Assembly (NCBI GenBank): GCA_951406725.2
Contig: OX597824.1
Location: 90,706,001 to 90,770,000, forward strand
Length of the DNA stretch: 64,000 bases
DNA from: Octopus vulgaris
Lineage: Eukaryota
Reading direction: 5' to 3'
In this document: positions 14,064 through 29,559 of the stretch, piece by piece
Numbering within the stretch: position 1 is the stretch's first letter
How the letters are laid out: every line of letters starts with the position of its first letter
Translations under genes and position numbers: made by a program
Notes under the pieces: model-generated
What the model was told of the DNA's origin: nothing
Databases searched by the model: none
Seen by the model: the letters and a program-made list of their open reading frames with translations, nothing else

Positions 14064-15639
14064 TATACGACTACCAACACGACGAATACAACGACGACGC
14101 GATGTTGATGATGATGATGATGATGATAATGATTTGGACAATATTGTGAGTTCGGTTGGGGACCAAACCCACCCAATTCGTATAAGTACTTATTCAATAA
14201 AATGTGTATAAGAAATGATGGAATTCAAGTGAAAGTCGAACTCCTTGCTGGAATCGCACGCATAACTTTCTGTGAGAAGTCTGAATTATCCTTAGGTATC
14301 CAGACTTCATGCAACACTCTCTTCTTCATCGTAATTTCGTACTCTTTCTCCTCCTCTTCTCCTTCCTTTCTCCCACCCTTTTTCTTTTTTCCGCTTTTCA
14401 TCCTCCCTTTCCTCTCCTAAGTTTTTTTTGTTCCTTTGCGTTAATAATAATAGTTTCTCTAGGAGCCACCGAGCAATTTTCAAAAAAGAAAAGGAGTAAC
14501 TTGCTCAAAATATAATGCATATAGTGTCATGGTATTAACAATACTATCTTTCACAATAATTATTGCGACGTTATCATCCGGCTTATTGAAAAGTACATGC
14601 CGAATGTACAGTGTGTAATTCAGAAATAATGGGTTCAAGTCCAGTCCAATTTGGACTTGCATTATTATATTTTGTCTGGACACCTTAATTCTATATACAC
14701 GCTGGTTCTGATAGCCCTGTTATTTACCAAGCATGTCTAAACAAAGACCTTATAATTATGGTCATTTAGAGTCCAATATAATAGTATTACAGAGAAATCA
14801 TATTTTCGGAAAGTAACTTTACACAGTAAACACTAGCAATTTCATTTGAAACAGAAACGATTATTCTAAGGTACATGTGTGTTCTTGTATATTTTAGTCT
14901 GTTTGTCACACATCGCTTCACTACCGGTGTCGGTTTGTTTTTGTTCCCCTGAATGACTGAAACAAGTAAAAGAATAAAAGAGTCGACCTATGTCTTAAGA
15001 ATAACGCTGAAGAGAAATAAACTACATAGAAACCTGTCCAATAGTTTTTACCCTAAAAATTCAAACCCACCACAAAGGGACAAGCTTGAAAGACACAGGG
15101 ACATGTAAATTGTGCTTTAGAACTACGTTAAGGGTAAACGTGACTCTGGAATTCACGTTCATTCAGGGGCAGGTAACTCAAATGGCTGAATAACCGAATC
15201 CTCGTCGCCAAGCGATGAAGATCCACCAAAGTTATAATATATGTAATATTTTCAGTATATATTCTTTTATTGCTTGCGACCATACTGGAGCATCACCTTC
15301 AAGGTTTTGAGTCTATTATTGTGTCTCTAGTATTTAGTGTGCTGTCGAGTTTATTGATCTTTCGTTATCGAAAGGATAAAACCTCTTTGAAGGGATTCCA
15401 TCATGGAAGGGAATAAATACGAGAAGGGATTTACACCGAATTACACGGGGTGACACAAGCACAAACAGGCATTGATATACATACATACACGTATATATAC
15501 ATACATACATATGAGTGTGTGTGTGCGTATGTGTATGTATGTATGTATATATGTATGTATGTATGTATGTAGGTATCTATATATCTATCTATATATCAAC
15601 ATATATGTATACGTATATTTATATACATATATACATATA

Positions 15640-15670
<31 letters not shown>

Positions 15671-16067
15671 TATATATATATACACATATACATATTACAT
15701 ACACACACACATATGCATATATAAATATACATACATACATACATATAAACATACATACATACATACACAAACATTTACACATACACACATATATATATTT
15801 GTATGAATGTATGTATGTATACCGTAAATATGTATAGAAAGCAAGAAGTGTTAAAATTAAGTTTTTATTTAGGGCTCAAATTGTAAACTCTATTTTATAT
15901 ATCGCGTAGGTTTTATCACTATGAGCTGTGTGCATCTATATTTAATATATATATATATATATTTGTTGTTATATATATGTATATATGTATGTATATATAT
16001 ATATATTTATATGTATATATATATGCATATATATATATATGTATATATATGTATATATATATGTATA

Positions 16068-16188
<121 letters not shown>

Positions 16189-16654
16189 GTATTGAATGGT
16201 ATAGACGACATTTTTTCCCAGAAAATAAGTCTGAAACAAAAAAAATATTATATATTTCTTTTTATAACCTGCCAATTACTTGATCGGTTATATTTTGTCA
16301 AGCCGTCAAGTTATGGAGACGTCAAATTAAAGTACTAAATAAATAAATTAAGTACTAGAGAAACACTCAGTCCATGTAACCGTATTGCTCACTCTTCCGA
16401 AATGGTAGGCCTTGTTCCAAAATTTGAAGGCAGTTATTAGGACATATGTTATATATATGTGTATATGTGTGTGTGTGTGTGTGTATATATCATATGGAGA
16501 TAGACAGATATTATTATATATATAAATACATATATATACATCTACACAGACGCATATAAGCGCGTGAATGGATGTCTATGTGTCCCTGTGTAATATATGT
16601 ACTTCAATGATTGCGTGCCTGTCAGTGTATGTGTATGTGTGTGTGTGTATGTGT

Positions 16655-16723
<69 letters not shown>

Positions 16724-17020
16724 TGCCTATGTATTATATTTAATCGAGATTGAAACTTTATAAGTGCAACTCTGAGTTTCAAATTCCTTCACGTGTCACA
16801 ATGAATTAGCTTCCGTCGTCTAACGAGGAGTATATATTATGTTCGTACACATTTATATAGCTAGACATAAAACACACACACACACGTATGTAGTACATGC
16901 ATCCATACCTACATACATACATAAATACATACATACATACATACGTACACCTTCATACAAGTACACACATGCAAACACACGTATTTAAATAAATAAATAA
17001 ATAAATAAACAAAAGTGAAT

Positions 17021-17075
<55 letters not shown>

Positions 17076-17476
17076 ACACCTACATATTCGGGAATATACC
17101 TAGTTTTAATTCTTGAGATACACTTAATTCAACTGACTTCAATTCATGTAAAATGTGAACATAGTAATTTTCACATAGCAAGAACCGAAGAAAATGCCGC
17201 TGGGCATTTTGTTCGACGCGCTGAGCAGTTTTTCATCTCGTCTGATATGATGAGGATTTCTTTTGATAAGAAACAGCGCTCTGTTCCAAAGGTTCCACAC
17301 ATCCCGTCCAGAGTAAGGACCAGGTACGGAAATAGCTTGGGAGGCAAAAGCCTAAAGCTGTGTAATCTCTTGTAAAAAAAAAAACCCTTTATATAGAGCA
17401 ATATGTAGGTGTGGGTTGATATTTTCAAAAAAGACCTTGACAATCTGCTTTTTTGTTATTTGTCTGTCTACCTTCC

Positions 17477-17536
<60 letters not shown>

Positions 17537-17827
17537 CAAATATATGTATCTATGTATGCATTTATAGAAAGACAGATAGATAAATAGATAGATAGATAGA
17601 TAGATAGATAGTGTCAATTCATACATAAAGTACATGTCTGAACAAAGAAGAGCGAAGTTTATTCACTAAGATCGTGTTACCTGCATACACTATACGGGGG
17701 TGGGGGTGGAAACAATTCTGCGTAGAGTTTGATACACACCTGATATTGTCGGAGTGAGCAAATTAGTCCGTCCTAACAAGGTGCCACAATTTAAATGCCT
17801 AATTCTACAGAATCTTAATTACATTTT

Positions 17828-17931
<104 letters not shown>

Positions 17932-17962
17932 GAAATATATATGCATCTTATCAGTATCTATG

Positions 17963-18013
<51 letters not shown>

Positions 18014-18064
18014 TATATAAATATATGTATATATGTATACATAGTGTCATTTGACAGCGGCGTT

Positions 18065-18365
18065 TGTTCGAGCAAATCGACCCGAGGACTTATTCTTTGT
18101 AATCCTAGTATTTATTTTATCGGAGTCTTTTACCGAACCGCTAAGTTACGGGGACGTAAACACACCAGCGTCGGTTGTCAAGCGATGTTGGCGGGACAAA
18201 CAGACAAACACATACACAAATAAACACACGCACACACAAACACACACACATATACGATGGGCTTCTTTCAGTTTCCGTCTACCAAATCTACCCACAAGGC
18301 TTTAGTCGGCCCGACGCTGTAGTAGAAGACTGAATCCGGAACCATGTTTGGTAAACAAGCTACAT
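18065..18365 (-). mobile_element. SINE family A with internal deletion
   Basis: CCGAACCGCTAAGTTACGGGGACGTAAACACACCAGC...CAGTTTCCGTCTACCAAATC on plus. Confidence 0.9.
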
Positions 18366-19317
18366 ATATATGGCAAATGAGAGACGGAAGTTGGAATATA
18401 CGAAAATTTATTATTAATCACAACAGTATATATATATATGTGTGTGTGTGTTTAGATAAATACGTATATATATATGTCTATACATAGGTAAATATACGCA
18501 TATTTATATACATATATATACGTATATAGACAGATTCGTTGATCAACGATACGAAACAAATTAGCTTTGAGCCCAGTCAATTGAAGTTACATGTATTTAG
18601 TAATAAAGTGACTCAGCACCATATGGCACGAAGTTTCGTGGTAGACGTCGCCTATGCGTCGAAACTTCATGTCGACATGAGTCAAACTGATACAAAATAT
18701 GTTACACTGTATATATATATATATATTAATAAATAAAACATATTCATATATATATACATATATGTACGTACCTACCTCTACATGTATATATACACGCATA
18801 TATGAGTATAGGACACCAAAAAAACGTCGAACACAATGAGAAACGAAAACATAGACACAAACCCAAGGAACTGGACATTTTTCTTAAACAACAAAAAAAT
18901 AGAGTACAGGACAAATAACACAAGGAAAAAACCCCTTCTTCAGTCGCCATGGTTTCATCTACTCTACGTTTCGAAGGTGATATATATATGTTTGTGTGTG
19001 CTAATATGGATGAGCGTGTGAAAATGATGGAACCATAACGCGAAGGGCTTATCATATGAAGAGAGAATTAAGTAGCTTTCCATCAAATTCTTTTTATTGT
19101 TTCCTTATATTAAAAATGCTTCAAGCGAACTACTAACTTCTCATTATCCGTACATGTATATATATGAGTGTGTATGTGGGCGCTTGCGTGTGAGTGTGTG
19201 TGTGTGTGTCCAAGTGGGTATCGCTTGAATATAGACACCGCAGTGTATTTGGAATAGTTTGGTGTATGAGAAGAGATTATCCTCGATTCTCAATTGCAAC
19301 CATAGGATATATATATA

Positions 19318-19387
<70 letters not shown>

Positions 19388-19528
19388 ATGTGTGTGTGCG
19401 TGTTTGTGTGCATGTTTCTGTAGCCGAAATTGCGAGGATGATCCGGTTCTTGACTGAAGATTAGAGGCTTCGAATGACCAGTCCGTGATTTGTGCATCGT
19501 CTATTTGAATGTTTTGCGTTCTTGTCCC

Positions 19529-19580
<52 letters not shown>

Positions 19581-19765
19581 AACGCGCACACACAAACATA
19601 TATATATATATTATATGTATAAATATATATATATAGATATATGTGTACAAATATATACACATAGATATACATAGATATACGTTTTTTGTCTGTCTGTCTG
19701 TCTGTCTATCTGTCTCTCTCTCTCTCTCTCTATCTATATATATACATATATATATATATATACAC

Positions 19766-19829
<64 letters not shown>

Positions 19830-20061
19830 ACGCGTGTGAGCATATGTGTGCCTGCGTATATATACACATATATATATATATATATATCTTTACAGCTCGT
19901 CAATTAGTATGTAACTATATATATATATATATTTTATACATACATATACACATACACACACATACACACATACACACACACACACACACATACACACACA
20001 CACATATATATACATGTGCGTGTATATTGGACATAAGTGTATGTATATAGACTTGTATACA

Positions 20062-20107
<46 letters not shown>

Positions 20108-20659
20108 CAGAATATATATATGCATGTATTATTTTATTCTGTTATTCTTTTATTCTTTTACTTGAATGTATATCTGAATAATGTAAAAATTGCGAGAAAT
20201 GAAGAGTGCATGGATTCGAGTAATTCATATGTCCATCGAACGTCCCTCAGACCGCTGCCTGGTATTTTTTCATTCTGTCATTCTGTCATTCTGTCAAACA
20301 GCAATTGGTTGTCTGTTGTGTGGGATTTCTAGTTTAGGTCGATAAATCAAAAAACATCCCCATTTTAAAATGGAATTTATACCGAGACGCACAAACACAC
20401 GAACACAAATACACATACACACACACTCACACGAGCCTGCAGGCACGTGCCCACACACACACACACACACAAATACACACGGCGGGAAAGAGGAGCAGGA
20501 AACGATGCATCATGCGTAATTTATATACCCTACCTAAAACAATGAGGCCGTGGATTTTTGGATATCGTTTGTGCTGTTACACACGAAATTCTGTGATACG
20601 ATTCGGCCTTCTGGGGTTTTGTTTATGACGTGCTCTGAGGCCTTTAACGCCAGAGTTAA

Positions 20660-20735
<76 letters not shown>

Positions 20736-20812
20736 ATCTATGAATGTATGTATGTATACATACATATGTATATGCACGTTCATATATGTGTACATATATA
20801 GATATGTGCATA

Positions 20813-20849
<37 letters not shown>

Positions 20850-20924
20850 GCACATATATATGTATATATATAAATACATATGTTATAAATGTATATATAT
20901 ATATATATATGCAAGTATACATAG

Positions 20925-20940
20925 TAATAATAATAATAAT

Positions 20941-20993
<53 letters not shown>

Positions 20994-21045
20994 TGATGAT
21001 AATAATAATAATAATAATAACAACGACAACAACAACAACAACAAC

Positions 21046-21107
<62 letters not shown>

Positions 21108-21227
21108 TAATTATGATGTTGTTGATGATGATGATGATGATGATGATGATCAAGATGATGATGATGATGATGATGCGGATGATGATGACGCGGATGATGA
21201 TGCAGATGATGATGATGATGATGATGA
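20925..21227. repeat. Compound (AAT)n/(AAC)n/(GAT)n trinucleotide microsatellite
   Basis: Direct inspection. Confidence 0.97.
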
Positions 21228-21228
21228 T

Positions 21229-21392
21229 CCATGGACGGAATTTATAGGTATTTTAATGCATCGCTACGCGTGTTTCCACGAATCACATATTTCTTATGAT
21301 CATAGTCCATATTTCAGGTATGATTATAGTGCAATCCGTAATATCCTTGGATATCGGGTGGATCAGCGATACATTAAATTCCATCCATGGCC
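21229..21392. mobile_element. Small MITE-like element with terminal inverted repeats
   Basis: Left CCATGGACGGAATTTA...AATGCATCGCT versus right AGCGATACATTAAATTCCATCCATGG(CC). Confidence 0.6.
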
Positions 21393-21969
21393 TATTATAA
21401 TTATTATTATATTCATCCCACATTGTATCGGCACAGTTCGATACAACCTTGTAAAATTGTTATTGTACGTTGGTATTATTGGGCTGTAGCTGATATAATA
21501 AAATGGAAGCTTTATATCCGGAAATATAGGAAAAATGGGAGTTGAAAATGCACTGAGAACAGTTAAAATAATTTTTATTGAAATATTCGAAGCAAGACAG
21601 CTGCAACATAAGCCACGTATTACTATTTGAACTTAAGGAAAATCAGTGTAATCTGTGAAACCGGTTAAAGCTTTATATTTATATGTACGTATATACATAT
21701 AGTAATATACGTACACATATATGCGTGCATGCATGTATGTATGTATGTATGTATGTATGTATGTATGTATGTATGTATGTATGTATGTATGTATTTATGT
21801 ATGTATGCATGTATACATGTAAATAAGTATATAGAAAGACAGGCATAGCTATAGATATATTCACACACACACACTCACACACACACATACACACACATAT
21901 ATATATATATTTTATATATATATATATATATATAACTCTCAGGTGTTTTTTATCTGTGTCCATGTGTTG

Positions 21970-22025
<56 letters not shown>

Positions 22026-22256
22026 TGTGGATGTTTGTGTGTGTATGCTTGCGTGTGTGCGTGCGTGCGTGGTGTATTAGCCTGACATCATCAAAATCGG
22101 CCACACTTTGATTTCGATATCTATAATTAAAATAAAATTAATTAAACTAAACTTAAATTAAAACATAATTAACATAAACGAACAACGTATAGCCTTTAGG
22201 TTAAAAACATAAATAGATTTTGCTTATATGCCTGCATATGTTTAAATGCAGGTGTT

Positions 22257-22306
<50 letters not shown>

Positions 22307-22472
22307 TGTGTGTCTGTGTGTATGTATGTATATATGCGCCATTGCGTTTATACGTTCATGGTGTGTAATGTGTAAACTTCCGGTTCCGTTCTTGTGCGTA
22401 TATTCATAGACATACGTTGTTATCTATCTATTTATCTATCAATCTGTCTGTCTGACTGTCTATCTTAGTCAC

Positions 22473-22548
<76 letters not shown>

Positions 22549-23200
22549 ATCTAATATAATCTATGTGTCTGTGCGCCTGTATCTCTTGTGAATCTGTCTG
22601 TCTATGTACCTATCTAAATATCTAGCAATTTGTCTGTCTGTCTGTCTGTCTGACTGTGTACTCATCTATTTGTTTCCTCGTTTTACATCTACCTGCGGTA
22701 GATTTGGGTTCCATTGCTGTACTTGACTTTTTTCAATTAGCTTTTGTTTGTCAAGTTGGGATTTTTTACCTTAGGTATTCTAACCTTTTTTTTTTTGCAT
22801 GCATTTGTAGCTGTAAGTAAATAAAACACAGACACATACATACACTCACACACACACACACACATACATATACACACATACACACACACACTCATGCACG
22901 TATATACGCACACACATACTCACACACGCACGCACACACGCGCACACACGCGCACACATACACGTCTGTATACGCATGTATGCATATATGTATATATGTA
23001 TGTATATATTCAATAGATATATATATAAATGCCTATATATATATATAAAATAATATATATATATATGTATGCATATACATATATATATATGTACGTATAT
23101 ACATATATATGTACGTATATATGGATATATATGTATATATATATATATATATATTTTTTTTTTTTCTCTCCTTCTTTCTGTGTTTTTCTCTCTCAGTGTA

Positions 23201-23238
23201 TCTTTCGTTGAAGAGCGTAGGTTTCGAAACGTTAAAGA
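23201..23238 (+). ncRNA. Degenerate hammerhead motif, family H2
   Basis: TCTTT-CGTTGA-AGAGCGTAGGTTTC-GAAACGTT-AAAGA. Indels in the core and stem II. Confidence 0.45.
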
Positions 23239-23358
23239 CTTGTTTTATTTATATTTCCCTAAGCGCCATGGTGGTGATCCCTAATACAATTGTTCACCAC
23301 TCTGTTTGCTCCACCATGGCCGCAGTCAAATGACTGAAACAAGTATTATTCATAAATA

Positions 23359-23471
<113 letters not shown>

Positions 23472-23662
23472 ACGTATATTCCATTTGAGACGGCGAGTAG
23501 CCGGTAGTATTACATCATAGAAGCCAATCTAGGATTTGGCACTCAACGTGTGTGAAAATATATTCAATAAAATAGAGCAGTGATTATTAAATCGCTGTCT
23601 TAGTGTATTCCTTCTTGTTAACTATTTTATTCAATATATATATGTATACACATGTATTTATT

Positions 23663-23704
<42 letters not shown>

Positions 23705-24400
23705 TATATATATATATTATCAACCGCACACTCGTTGTATACGGTTTGCTTGTTCGCCGGAACGCTGGAAGTAGCGCCCTGGGGACGACGACCATTACAC
23801 TGCGTGTTAAAACACCTGGTAGTTATAGTCAGGCGGGACAACTCACCCTCAATCCCATTAAGAATGATGGATATCGGTGTTTCGCTATTAAGGTGGCTTA
23901 TCTACACCACGTTCCTGAATCGATGCAAGGACGAACCGAATCGCCAGACTGTGACAATATGCAAATGGTGCAAGAAGGATCTGCTGGTATGCCACGACAA
24001 TGAGCGTAAATTAAATTCGTAATTTAACTTGCAATACATACATACATGCATGCATACATACATACATACATACATACATACATACATACATACATGCATA
24101 CATACATGCATGCATACATACAAAATACAATACATACATACATACATACATACATACATACATGCATGCATACATACAAAATACATACATACATGCATAC
24201 ATACAAGCATACATTCATGCATACATACATACATACATACATGCATACATACACACATATTATATATATATATAGATACATAAATAGATAGATGATATAT
24301 GCATAAATATCTATCTATCAATTTGTATATATATATAATATATATGTGCGTGTGTGTGTGTGTCTGTCTGTGTGTGTGTGTATGTATGTGTATATGTATG

Positions 24401-24439
<39 letters not shown>

Positions 24440-24495
24440 ATGTATGTATATATATATATGTATATATATGTATATATATATATATATTATTTATA

Positions 24496-24550
<55 letters not shown>

Positions 24551-24561
24551 GTATATATTTG

Positions 24562-24593
<32 letters not shown>

Positions 24594-25065
24594 TTTTAAA
24601 CACTTGTGTCCACCGTTTGAATGGTAGATGTTAAAATTTGTAAAATTGATGTTGGTGTTTGTGGTCGTGGAGTAAATGCACTGATTGTTGCGAGAAATCG
24701 TGTTTAGTGTGGTGGAGCTAATTGTCTGACTCATCTGCAACTGCTAAGGAAACTGCATGTGTATGTATGCATATATGCAGTATATGTACGATGAGTGTAT
24801 ATAAATTAGTATGTGTTCATAATTATGTGTGTGTGTGTGTTTGTGTGTAAGACATGGTGTTGTATGTGTTTGTGATGTGGTATGAAATCATGGCGTGATG
24901 TGGTATGAAAAATGCCGTGAATTTCGAGGAGTGAATGGCGGTTTATTTAAGACGGTCCAGTTGCCAGTCACTGTGGAATTTTCCGGTGTGTATTCGGTTC
25001 TTGGGACCAGGACGAGGTACATGTGACAGTGAATCATCACCGCATTCACACACACACAGAGTTCC

Positions 25066-25123
<58 letters not shown>

Positions 25124-25173
25124 CATATTTATATATATATATATGTGTGTGTATGTGTTTGTGTGTGTGTATG

Positions 25174-25215
<42 letters not shown>

Positions 25216-25818
25216 CATATATATATATATACACACATACACACACACACACAAACACACACACATACACACACACATTCACACACATTCACACGCATAT
25301 ATAATGTTGTATGAGAGAGTGTGCGTATGTGAGTGCATGCATGTTTGTATGTATGCAAGTATGTATTTATATGAGTGTGTGTATGTATCTCTATATAAAT
25401 GCATGTATGTATGCATACGTGTGAAGAGATACTATTTGTTACTTTAGGCAAAAATCTACCCACATTTTCTCGCTTTTTTTTGTTTGTTTTACAAGATAAC
25501 TACTAATAACTAAATATACCAACCGCAATGAGACAAATTCCTGATTACAAGAGGAAAGCAAAAGTCTAAACTATACAATTGTATTAAGAAATATAAACGG
25601 AAAGAAAGCAGAGTATTTGAAAGTTGCAGCTATAACGCATGAGAAAGTACACTTAACACACACACTTCTACATAAATTCTTGCTGACCAGAAAACGGTAA
25701 ATAATTGTATGAACCGGAATACAAAACCGGCAAACTCGCGAAACGTGCGTCACAGAACCGATGAAATTTTATCGCTCCAAATAAAGCACTGATGACTCGG
25801 TGTAAGTGTGTGTGTATG

Positions 25819-25859
<41 letters not shown>

Positions 25860-25871
25860 CTATATATATAC

Positions 25872-25966
<95 letters not shown>

Positions 25967-26019
25967 CTCCACACTCACATGTTTACATATGTACATTCAT
26001 GGATGCATGTTTATATGTG

Positions 26020-26069
<50 letters not shown>

Positions 26070-26220
26070 GCGCATGCAAAGTTTTAAATATATGCTAGAG
26101 TATATACACTTCATTGAACATTTATATTATGCAAAACATGCCGCTTAGTGCATCAATAATCGATTAATATAATTAACAAATATATGTGCTTTTATACGTG
26201 CTTATGTATATGTATGCATA

Positions 26221-26281
<61 letters not shown>

Positions 26282-26324
26282 GTATATATATGTATATGTG
26301 TGTATATATATATATGTACATACA

Positions 26325-26360
<36 letters not shown>

Positions 26361-26733
26361 TATATATAATATGCACATGCATTTATATAAATGTGTGTGT
26401 GTGTGTGATTGTTTATGAGGCGTCCATTTGAATACGTATTGGGAATCGAGATGAACGACGTTTACCGAACATAAATAGCAAAAGTGATCATCTTAATATA
26501 CAGGAATTAATTATAGTCTTTTAGAATTTAATCAATTATTCATTCGTTTATTATTGTTCAACTGGACCTCCATTTTGCATTTATTTATTTATTTATTTAT
26601 GTTTCTTATTTATATATTATGTGATTTCACTACAAAGCCGGGTGTCACTGTGTAATTTGTGTGCGGGCGCTGTTTTCTTTTTCTCATTTATCCATGCTTT
26701 GTAAATATATACGTATAACGGAGAGAAAGAAAG

Positions 26734-26784
<51 letters not shown>

Positions 26785-27315
26785 AACAGAGGCAAGGAGA
26801 AATATTATCTATGAGTTGTGTGCATGTGTAATTATATGCGTAGACAAGGCTAATTCAGATTCAGGAGTTTCTGGGTTTAGTTTTGCTGTGAATATTATGG
26901 GCAGATTTTCCGTCGTCCCTTTGCTGTAGCTTCATATTGCTGACCGGAATGAAGTACTCAAGCACACGGACAGAGAGGAATATCCCTGTACACACAAAAC
27001 ACACAAATACATACACACACAAATACACACACACTTACACACACATACACATACACAATATATAGGTTTAAATGCAAACGGGATTGTATCCGACGCCATT
27101 GTGTGTATGTATGTATGCATGTATGTATGCATGCATGCATGCATGCATGTATGTATGTATGTATGTATATATGTATGTATGTACGTACGTATGCATGTAT
27201 GTGTGTATGTATGTATGTATGTAAGTATGTATGCATGCATGTATGTATGTATGTATGTATGTATGTATGTATGTATGTATGTATGTATGTATGTATCTAT
27301 GTATGTATGTATGTA

Positions 27316-27655
27316 TGTAAAGCTGGACTCAAGAGTCATCTTCGTAGTCATAAAGCGAGACAGATGAGTGACAACCTGGCCACTGGTGGTGGTGTAACAC
27401 ACCATACTAATCATATCTGTCAGGCATGTGGAAGAGACTGTAATTTAGCAGGAAGATTTAAACGACATGTAAAGGTACATGAAGCCCAGTTACAACTACA
27501 GCCTGCTATTACCGGTAAAGATTTTAGTTGCCAATTCTGTAAAAGACATTGTAGATCTTTAGCTGGGTTAAAAAATCACATTCGATCACAGCACCAGTAA
27601 CAGTTAAGCTTCGTGCAATGGCCATACTCGATAAGGAGGGGGCAGCCATAATGAT
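27316..27655 (+). mobile_element. 5'-truncated 3' end of an RTE-like LINE with C-terminal C2H2 zinc fingers
   Basis: Open frame CKAGLKSHLRSH...HICQACGRDCNLAGRFKRHVKVH...FSCQFCKRHCRSLAGLKNHIRSQH, stop at 27600, short 3' UTR, set in (TATG)n. Confidence 0.75.
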
Positions 27656-27952
27656 AATGTATGTTTGTATGCCTAGATGGATGTGTATGAATATGACCCA
27701 ACGCCGGTTCATAAAACACTGTTAGGTAACTTTCTCCACATAAAATGTTTAATTTCAAAATGTTAGTAATGAATTTGTATGAGTTATTGGTGTCGATAGG
27801 CCTTGAAGGATGTACTCCAGCATGGCCGCTATTTAATCAGTGAAACCAGTAGAAAAGTCTTTCATCCTTTCATAAGTACCAGTTGAACACTGGGGGCGAT
27901 GTAACCGACTCATCCCCAACTCCCCCAAGCTTCCCTTGTGGCAAAAATTTGA

Positions 27953-28017
<65 letters not shown>

Positions 28018-28021
28018 TAAA

Positions 28022-28732
28022 TGCAGTCTTCTAGCACCTACAGAGTACCTCAACAGGCATGATAGAGCTGCACAATATATTCACTGGGTAATTTGCAAAA
28101 ACCTGGATTTGCCCCATGAAAAAAAACTGGTGGGAACACAATCCACCTCCAGTGCTTGAAAATGACCACATCTCACTCCTCTGGAACTTCACCATTCAAA
28201 CTGGCAGAAAGATAGATGCAAATAGGCCAGACATCATATTGAAAGACTTCAGACAAAGAACATGCCTCCTCATTGATATGACTGTCCCAATCGATATAAA
28301 CGTATCTGTCAAGACCTACCAAAAACTGAGCAAATATAAAGATCTTGAAATAGAAATCAGTAAAATGTGGAACCTGAAGACTAAAACAATACCTGTTGTC
28401 ATAGGTGCCCTGGGAATGATAGCGAAAGGGGCTGATTGCTACCTAACTCAGATATCAGGAAACCCCAAAATGGCAGAAATTCAAAAGATAGTGCTCATGG
28501 GAACTGCTCATATCCTACGCAAAATACTCTCTATGTAATCCCAAGGTTTAAAATAAACTTTTTTTTTTTAAATTTATGTATTAGACATTCACTAGTACAA
28601 CACCAAAAAAACCCCCAAATATATGGCACACTAGGCATAACAACAACGTGAACTTCCAACCTGTTGTCTCTTGAGGTCTCTGGGTGAGACTTTGAGCCAA
28701 CTTGTACAGACATAAAGCAAAAGTCAAACATA

Positions 28733-28733
<1 letters not shown>
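28022..28733 (+). mobile_element. R4/Dong-like non-LTR retrotransposon 3' end (restriction-like endonuclease) inserted in (AAT)n
   Basis: CSLLAPTEYLNRHDRAAQYIHWVIC (RHD), a frameshift in an A-run, then NRPDIILKD...LIDMTVP...KLSKYKDL...PVVIGALG, stop at 28538. (AAT)n on both sides. Confidence 0.92.
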
Positions 28734-28793
<60 letters not shown>

Positions 28794-28801
28794 TAATAAT
28801 A

Positions 28802-28887
<86 letters not shown>

Positions 28888-28888
28888 C
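28734..28888. repeat. (AAT)n directly followed by (TTA)n, an inverted microsatellite
   Basis: Strand switch at about 28802. Confidence 0.95.
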
Positions 28889-29342
28889 ATTAATATAGTT
28901 GTTGTTGTCGTTGGTGATAGTGGTGGTGGTGGTGATGTTTCTGATGTTGTTGCTGTTGTTATATATTTTTAATCTTCCTACCTCTAATCGGGATCTTCTT
29001 AAGATATATATTCTCTCTCCCGATGGAATGCTTAATTGCCGCCTGTGTGTACGTGTTTCGCAAATTATGCTCCCACGTACACATGTGTACATGTAAATAT
29101 ATATATAGACGCCATATCCACGCAGCCGACCTCTGATAATTCCGATCAGATTCTTTAAATGTATTCTACTAATATGAAACGTCACACCAACCAGCCCCCA
29201 AAACCACCACATCCGCCATATTTCATTGAGAATACACTTGACTGTCTGAGATAATTTATGAAGGTATAGAGTCCAGACTATCAGACACAGGTAGTTTATA
29301 TTGATATTCAGCGACTCTCGCACACAAACACACATATGTGCA

Positions 29343-29484
29343 TAGGAGTGGCTGTGTGGTAAGTAGCTTGCTTACCAACCACATGGTTCCGGGTTCAGTC
29401 CCACTGCGTGGCATCTTGGGTAAATGTCTTCTGCTATAGCTTCGGGCCGACCAATGCTTTGTGAGTGGATTTGGTAGACGGAAA

Positions 29485-29559
<75 letters not shown>

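Noticed and set aside
17171-17370. Repeat-free block with open minus-strand frames after an acceptor-like site
   Set aside because: No recognisable motif or donor, and it runs into a SINE B remnant.
18925-18980. Minus-strand GAAACGTA followed by CTGAAGA (permuted hammerhead)
   Set aside because: The intervening segment cannot form stem I. At most a truncated 3' half.
20662-21489. 275-aa ORF with poly-N and poly-D
   Set aside because: Built from TA, AAT and GAT microsatellites plus a MITE-like element.
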